NCBI GenBank assembly: GCA_963745025.1
Contig: CAVUWD010000008.1
Location: forward strand, 1 to 64,000
DNA length: 64,000 nt
DNA from: an uncultured delta proteobacterium
GTDB lineage: Bacteria > Desulfobacterota > Binatia > JACPRU01
Direction of reading: 5' to 3'
Positions within the stretch are counted from its first letter, which is position 1; the number at the start of each line of letters is the position of its first letter. Below the pieces are notes generated by a model that ran no database searches, was not told where the DNA came from, and was given only the letters and a program-made list of their open reading frames with translations. The position numbers were made by a program, and so were the translations under genes. Below are positions 57,898 through 64,000 of the stretch, in pieces.

Positions 57898-58482
57898 ATG
57901 GCCGCTCGACCGCGCGTAGAGCGAAGGCAGAACTGGGTAGGCATGAGGACCTCCGACGACTTCGGGCACGAAGCAGTGATCGCTGCTCTCGGCCCGGCAC
58001 TTCAGTTCATGAGACTCCTCTGGGCGGTCGATCATGCGCTGCAAAGGGCGTCCAAGCGCATGGCGAGATCACTCGGAGTCACGGGACCTCAGCGGCTTGT
58101 CATCCGCATCATCGGTCGGTCTCCAGGGATTTCGGCCGGTTTGCTTGCGAAGATTCTGCATGTCCATCCGAGCACGCTGACGGGAATCCTCGAACGCCTG
58201 GAAGGCCACGCGCTCGTCCGTCGGCGCCATGATTCCGCTGACGGTCGGCGGGTACTTCTCTCCCTGACGCCAAAAGGCCGCAATTTCGATGTCGCGGCCA
58301 GCGGCACGATCGAAGCTGCCGTGGCACGAGCACTCCGGAGAGTACCGGCCACCGAGGTCGTGATCGTTCGGGAGTTCATGGCTGGCCTGGCCCAAGCGCT
58401 GCAGGAAAATCGTCCGGGTTTGCGCCGACGGGCGAGGAGGTCGGCGGCGTTACGACACGCGGCTTCGAGAACCGAGACGTAG
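57898..58482 (+). CDS. MarR-family regulator (alternative start 57943)
   Basis: LGVTGPQRLV, HPSTLTGILERLE, DGRRVLLSLTPKG. Confidence 0.88.
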   Translation: MAARPRVERRQNWVGMRTSDDFGHEAVIAALGPALQFMRLLWAVDHALQRASKRMARSLGVTGPQRLVIRIIGRSPGISAGLLAKILHVHPSTLTGILERLEGHALVRRRHDSADGRRVLLSLTPKGRNFDVAASGTIEAAVARALRRVPATEVVIVREFMAGLAQALQENRPGLRRRARRSAALRHAASRTET

Positions 58483-58505
58483 CAAATCCCCAGATTGCGA
58501 CACCC

Positions 58506-60101
58506 TTGAGCACCCCCGAGAAATCGAGAGTAGTTCAGCGCGAGCTCAAAAGCTTCTTACGCTCCCACGAGCAGCGCCGCCGACAGCTTCCCCGAGCGCT
58601 GCTCGTCGGACTTTTCGCGGGCCTGGTTGCGGTCGCGTTTCGCGCCACGCTCACGGAAGTCGAAGCGCTTCGCGACCGGATCGTCGAGTACTCGCGTTTG
58701 CATTGGGCCTGGTGCTTCGGTTTGCCCCCCTTGATGGGAGCGCTCGGTGCCGCCGTCGCGGTCGGCCTGACGAGGCGCTTTGCTCCCGAAGCTTCGGGAA
58801 GCGGTATTCCACACGTCAAAGCCGTTCTGCACGGGCTCCGTGACTTACGCTGGGCGCGCGTGATCCTGGTCAAGTTCGTAGGAGGGATCTCGGGCATCGG
58901 TGGAGGTCTGGCCCTCGGTCGAGAAGGTCCAACGATTCAAATGGGCGCCGCCGTCGGAAAGATGGTGAGCGGATGGTTTTCCTCGACTCCGCGCGAGCGA
59001 CGCACGCTGATCGCTGCGGGTTCCGGGGCTGGTCTGGCCGCTGCCTTCAACGCGCCCGTCTCCGGGTTGATCTTCGTTCTCGAGGAGATGGAGCGCAACT
59101 TTTCTCAAGGCGTGTTCGCAGTCACCCTGATTGCCTCGGCGGTTGCAGACGTGACGACGCGCCTACTTCTTGGCCAGCTCCCCGTGTTCCACGTCGAGGT
59201 AGCCTCGATCCCCTCGCTGACCGCGCTACCAGTAGCCCTGGTTCTCGGAGCAATCGCTGGCGTCCTCGGAGTCGCCTTCAATCGCGGATTGGTATGGAGC
59301 CTGTCGAGCTTCGAACGCCTAGGGCACCTGCCCCCCGCTGTGGTCGGTGCGCTTGTCGGCTCGGTCGTCGGCGTCGTCGCTCTCGTCGCTCCTGGCTCGG
59401 TCGGCGGCGGTAACCGACTTATCGAACGCATCTTGGCCGGAGAAGTTCCTCTGTACGCCCTCATCGGCTTCTTCGTCCTTCGCTTCGCTCTGACGATGGC
59501 CAGCTATGGCTGCGGTGCGCCGGGGGGAATTTTCGCTCCGTTGCTCGTGCTCGGCTCGGCGATCGGTCTGGCGGTCGGAGGAGTCGCTGCAGGTCTCTTC
59601 CCTCAAGCGGTGGAGCATCCCGAGTCGTTTGCCGTCGTCGGCATGGCTGCATACTTTTCCGCCATCGTTCGCGCGCCGCTGACGGGAATCGTGCTGATCG
59701 TCGAAATGACCGGCAACTACTCGCTGGTGCTCCCCCTTCTCGTCGCCTGTCTCGTTGCCTATGGGGTCGCCGATCTCCTTGGTGACCGACCGGTTTACGA
59801 AGCGTTGCTCGAGCGGGACCTTCTGCGGGAGGAGCCTGCTAGCGGTGATGCGAACGGCACGATGTTGCTCGACCTCACCATTGCGCCTGGTGCGCGGTTT
59901 GCGGGGAAGCGGGTGCGTGAGCTCGGGCTGCCGGCCGGCTGCATTCTGATCCTGGTCAGACACGGGATTCACGAGCAGGTTCCGACGGCGGAATCCGTGT
60001 TGAATGCAGGCGACCACATTACCGCTCTCATCAGCGGTGAAGCCTCGACAGCAATCGTCGCGCTTCGGGAAGGAGCGGGCATCGACTCTGTGGTTCTATA
60101 A
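58506..60101 (+). CDS. clcA: ClC H+/Cl- exchanger with C-terminal TrkA_C domain
   Basis: GSGIP, GREGP, GGIFAP; tail AGKRVRELGLPAGCILILVRHG. Confidence 0.9.
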   Translation: MSTPEKSRVVQRELKSFLRSHEQRRRQLPRALLVGLFAGLVAVAFRATLTEVEALRDRIVEYSRLHWAWCFGLPPLMGALGAAVAVGLTRRFAPEASGSGIPHVKAVLHGLRDLRWARVILVKFVGGISGIGGGLALGREGPTIQMGAAVGKMVSGWFSSTPRERRTLIAAGSGAGLAAAFNAPVSGLIFVLEEMERNFSQGVFAVTLIASAVADVTTRLLLGQLPVFHVEVASIPSLTALPVALVLGAIAGVLGVAFNRGLVWSLSSFERLGHLPPAVVGALVGSVVGVVALVAPGSVGGGNRLIERILAGEVPLYALIGFFVLRFALTMASYGCGAPGGIFAPLLVLGSAIGLAVGGVAAGLFPQAVEHPESFAVVGMAAYFSAIVRAPLTGIVLIVEMTGNYSLVLPLLVACLVAYGVADLLGDRPVYEALLERDLLREEPASGDANGTMLLDLTIAPGARFAGKRVRELGLPAGCILILVRHGIHEQVPTAESVLNAGDHITALISGEASTAIVALREGAGIDSVVL

Positions 60102-60153
60102 TCTCGCTGTTTTCTACGCATTGGCTCGGGAATACCGCCTACGATGGAACGTG

Positions 60154-60830
60154 ATGAAGATGCGCAATCTCGCCGATCTCGATCTCCACATCGCTCGCGC
60201 GCGCATCTTCCTTTCACTTGCCACGCTGAGCTCAATCTACGTCGACCCGAACGTTCCCGACATGGACCCCATAGATCCGATTGACGGGCGATCCGATGCG
60301 CATTCGACCGCTACGCACTGGCGGCGTTGTGCACTCATCTGGCGTACAGCGGGGTCATGCACGCAACCGGGAGCTATCGTCCCTTCGGCCGGCGGCTGCG
60401 AATCACATCGACTGTCCTGGACATCTTCTTGGCGGTCGTCATCGCAGTCTTCACCGAGGGGAGGACGAGTCCGTCCTTCGTGTTCTTCGTCTTCGCGATC
60501 ATCGCCACAGCCTGCCGCGAAAGGTTTCAAGCGACGATCACTCTCACGGCGTGCAGCGCGATCCTCTCTGGCCCTGATCATCACATCGTCGCGCGGCGCC
60601 ACCCAGAGCGTCTATCTGATGCGCCCGATCTATCTCGCGATCGCCGGATACCTGATCAGCTCCCTAGGCGAGCAGCGCGTGGCGTTCGAAACCCGAGTTC
60701 GCGACCTCGAAAGCCGCTCACAGCGGCTAGCCATTGCCCGCTCATTGCACGACGGGTTCATACAGTCGCTCGCCGCGGTGAAGCCTCGTCTCGAGACTTG
60801 CAAGCAGTGGCTCTCCGAGGGGCTATGCGC
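60154..60830 (+). pseudogene. Membrane sensor histidine kinase remnant (HisKA_3-type)
   Basis: TM segments across frameshifts, IARSLHDGFIQSL H-box; no intact ATPase domain. Confidence 0.6.
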
Positions 60831-61160
60831 TCACATGGTTTCTCATCAACGACCTGGTGAACATCGAGGTTTACCGCATGATGCATCTGGGGACGGCACG
60901 CCATCAACGCCACTTGGCCAGAGTCAACGCCAGGCTTCATCCGGCCGCAGTCAAGGCGGTGGCTCCATCCACCAGCTAAGGAGGCGGACCTGACGCTGGA
61001 GCTCGATTCATAGGAAGAAACCCATGAAGGCGTCCAGTTCACCGCTTCCCGTACCGCACGCCTAATAAAACAGTGGAGAGGCGGTGAACCGTCGCTTCAA
61101 CCGCACGTCCGCCGGCCGGTGCCTGGGTCAAACATCCAAGCCATAGGAGAAGCCGCAACG

Positions 61161-62039
61161 ATGAATTACGGCAAGAGATTCGTCGTCGAGCCCGGCGCCA
61201 AGGTCAGGCTCAGCAGGATTGACCCGAAATTCAAAGACAAGCACCACGAATCGCACGACAGTGCGACGCCGGAGACCCAGAAACACGTCGAGCGCATGGC
61301 CAAAGCGCAGTATCTGCTGTACGCCGACGGCAGCCAGTCACTGCTGGTCGTCTTGCAGGCGCTCGACGCCGGCGGCAAGGATGGCGTGGTGCGCCATGTG
61401 TTCAGCGCCATGAACCCGCAAGGGACGTCGGTCGTTAGCTTCAAGCAGCCGAGTAAGTTAGAAGCGGCACACGACTTCCTCTGGCGCGCCCACCGGCACA
61501 CGCCGGGCAACGGGGAAGTCGTGGTCTTCAACCGGTCGCACTATGAGGACGTGCTGGTGGTGCGCGTGCACAAGTTAGTGCCGAAGGTGGTGTGGTCGAA
61601 ACGCTACGAGCTGATCAACGACTTCGAAAAGATACTCCATGATAACGGCACGCGCATTCTCAAGTTCTATCTCCACATCAGCCCGGAGGAGCAGCTCGAA
61701 CGCTTCAAACAGCGGCTCGATGACCCGATGCGGCACTGGAAGATCAGCGAGGCCGACTACTCGGAACGCAAGCTGTGGCCGGACTATATGGAAGCGTACG
61801 AGGACGCCATGGAAAAGACGAGCACCAAGCACGCCCCGTGGTATGTAATCCCGTCCAACCACAAGTGGTTCCGCAATCTGGTGATCTCGGAGATCCTGGC
61901 CAACACCATGGAAGACATGGGCCTGAAGCTGCCTCCGTCGCAGGTGGACATTGGGGACATTCGTCGCAAGTATCATACTGCGGCGGCGCGGCAGGCGCGG
62001 CGAGGCCACAAGCCGCCGAAGGCATCGCGCAAGAAGTAA
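61161..62039 (+). CDS. ppk2: Polyphosphate kinase 2 family (class III-like)
   Basis: LQALDAGGKDG, FNRSHYEDVL, KFYLHIS, APWYVIPSNHKW. Confidence 0.93.
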   Translation: MNYGKRFVVEPGAKVRLSRIDPKFKDKHHESHDSATPETQKHVERMAKAQYLLYADGSQSLLVVLQALDAGGKDGVVRHVFSAMNPQGTSVVSFKQPSKLEAAHDFLWRAHRHTPGNGEVVVFNRSHYEDVLVVRVHKLVPKVVWSKRYELINDFEKILHDNGTRILKFYLHISPEEQLERFKQRLDDPMRHWKISEADYSERKLWPDYMEAYEDAMEKTSTKHAPWYVIPSNHKWFRNLVISEILANTMEDMGLKLPPSQVDIGDIRRKYHTAAARQARRGHKPPKASRKK

Positions 62040-62135
62040 GCGCGCCTCAACCCAGCGAACTAGTCGACGTGGCGCTCCGGAAAGCCGCCAGGATAGCGAA
62101 CGCGAACGCCTGGATTTCTGACGCGTTGAAACACG

Positions 62136-62498
62136 GTGGACGCGGGCGGAAAGCGCCCCCTCTTCATGGGAGCCTTGCGCGCTCAGGACTTCGATGCTCT
62201 GGCGCTCACCGCAGACACCTGGATCGGGGCCCATGGCGATCTGCGCAGAATCGTGATCCACCCCCGCGAGTTTCCCGGCTGGGAGAACCCTGGGGCTTCC
62301 TCCGGTACGTGCGGTTTGCGCGATCATCATCGGAGGGTCCGGAGAATCGCCCTGGCGGCGGACAGCAAATTGGCCAGCCTGGCCTCCCGCGTCGGCGAGC
62401 ACTTCGTTCAGGCCGAGGTGAGGACCTTCGGATACGACGATCTCGCGAATGCGGTCGCGTGGGCGGGAGATGCGACCGCGCAGAGCGCAAGGCCCTGA
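62136..62498 (+). pseudogene. Second SpoIIAA-like protein, degenerate
   Basis: DFDALA..FPGWE..RDHHRRVRRIALAADS..AEVRTF..AVAW. Confidence 0.6.
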
Positions 62499-62632
62499 AC
62501 GGCTGAGATACCATGCTGCCATGCATCTCCGTTCATCGATTTTACTCGCCACTCTTTGGGGGTAACCGTCTTCCCCGCCGGCACACGGACATCATTGGAA
62601 TTGTTTTCACTTCATGATTTGACGCTGCTCAC

Positions 62633-63545
62633 TCACTCCGCGTTCCTATGTGCCTTCGCTTTTGATAGCGCTTCGAAGCCGGAGATGACGTCGAACAGTT
62701 CCTCGTCGATGCCACTCTGGCGCAAACGGTGGAATGTCCCGTTGAGGTTCTCCAGCAATTCGTCGATGTTTTTGTCGGCGCGTTGCATCGCCGCCAGGCG
62801 GCTCGCGTTCTCGCTCGCGAGGGATTCGGCGCACGCCCGGAAGAGCGAGACGAAAAGATATTCGCGGATGAGCGCCCGCAAGGTCGCGGTGCCGCCACCC
62901 ATGACCTCGGGCAAGTTTCTCGTCGGCCAGGGAAGTTCGGCCAGCTTGCGTCGCCAGTTGCTCGTCCAGCGGCAGCAGCCGCTGACTGACGGGCGCATAG
63001 AGCGCCCCGGACGTGCGGGCGGTTGTGGAAGAGGTGGAGCTCGGTGACTTCACCCTTGGCTCGTGGCGCGTCTCGCTCTCGACGAGAATCTGCCCGACGA
63101 GCGGGGTGATGGCCTTGACGGAATTCGGCACGGTGAAGAGTCCGATCAGCGGCAGGCCCGCGTCCGCCAGGCGCGCATGAACGCGCTCACCGACGGCCCA
63201 GACCTGGGGTTTGCCGGGCAGAGCGGCCAGGGTCTTGATCGCATAATCGGCCACCACGTCATTGAACTGGCCCACCAGTCCCTGGTCGGAACCGAACACG
63301 ACCGCGCCAATCGCACCCGCATCGGTTTGTCCTTTCCGTTCTGCCATCAAGGCCGCCGGCTCGCTTTCCCGAAAGCATGCGCCCAACCCCAGCTCCACGG
63401 TCCGATAGTAGTCGGCCAACGCGCGCACCGATTTCTCGTATTGTCCGATGCTCGAGGCGGCCAGGGCCTTCATCGTGCGGACGACGGATTGGAGATCACC
63501 GGCACTGCTGATCTTTCGGCGCAGGCTCGCCGTGGTGTCGCTCAT
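62633..63545 (-). CDS. atpG: Alternative (N-type) F1F0 ATP synthase gamma subunit (frameshifted)
   Basis: LQSVVRTMKALAA, FGSDQGLVGQFN, SLASENASRLAAMQRA, RQSGIDEELFDV. Confidence 0.9.
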
Positions 63546-64000
63546 GACTTCTCCTCGGGTTCACGCTTGGGCTTGGGCTTTGACCTCCGGTTTGGACTCT
63601 CCGGCTTGGGCTCGGGTTCCGGCTTGGGCTGGAAACGGGCGAGCGCTTTGCGGGCGATTTCGATGATCGTTTCACGATCCTCATCGCTCAATTTGTCGGC
63701 GGTTTCGAATCGCGCGCACACCTCCGCCGGGATGTTCGCCGCCGCCTCGCGCACGGCGTGCTCGGCGTCCGTCATCTGGTCAAGCGGCACGCGGTCGAAG
63801 AGTTCCGCGGTCAACGCCAGCAGGACGGCGATTTGTGCGGGCACGGACACCGGGGCGAATTCCGGCTGCTTGAGGCAGGCGCGGATTCGCCGTCCATGCT
63901 CGATGATCTTGCGGGTGTCTTCATCCAGGCGGGCGCCGAACCGGGCAAAGGTCTCGAGTTCCTCGAACTGCGCGTAGGCGAGCTTGAGGTCGCCCGCCAC
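63542..64000 (-). CDS. atpA: Alternative (N-type) F1F0 ATP synthase alpha subunit, C-terminal part
   Basis: AGDLKLAYAQFEELETFARFG..GRRIRACLKQ. Confidence 0.9.
   Translation of the reverse strand: MAGDLKLAYAQFEELETFARFGARLDEDTRKIIEHGRRIRACLKQPEFAPVSVPAQIAVLLALTAELFDRVPLDQMTDAEHAVREAAANIPAEVCARFETADKLSDEDRETIIEIARKALARFQPKPEPEPKPESPNRRSKPKPKREPEEKS

Overview
GC-rich bacterial window, probably a long-read assembly because many conserved genes carry scattered single-base indels. It has three parts. (1) 1-41.6 kb is an accessory carbohydrate, fermentation and stress region: tkt, an RpiB-transaldolase-PGI triple fusion, ackA, LOG, ldh, two convergent GH144-like glycosidases, an Mla/MCE ABC system, class I fba, phosphoketolase, glgP, an OMF-yhiI-rbbA-yhhJ exporter, USP, glgX, malQ, c-type cytochromes and rssA. 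Short remnants of the same gene kit lie between these genes (gap x2, xfp, ackA, glgX, pflA, adh, GT4 x2, cyt c). (2) About 41.7-51.5 kb is the core of an integrative element. It has a P4-type tyrosine integrase beside the 3' half of a tRNA-Thr(CGT), AlpA, an intact large serine recombinase with a 52-bp attP-like dyad upstream, a second broken and partly inverted serine recombinase, and a structured leader / small membrane peptide / Cys-rich protein / radC cassette. (3) 51.6-64 kb is further cargo: a DUF2156 remnant, FAD monooxygenase, GH15, SpoIIAA-like and LolA-like proteins, MarR, ClC-TrkA_C, PPK2 and the end of an N-type ATP synthase operon. The most notable signal is that both recombinase systems sit beside sites that look like unrecombined attP sites. 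Family assignments come from motif recognition only; no searches were run.
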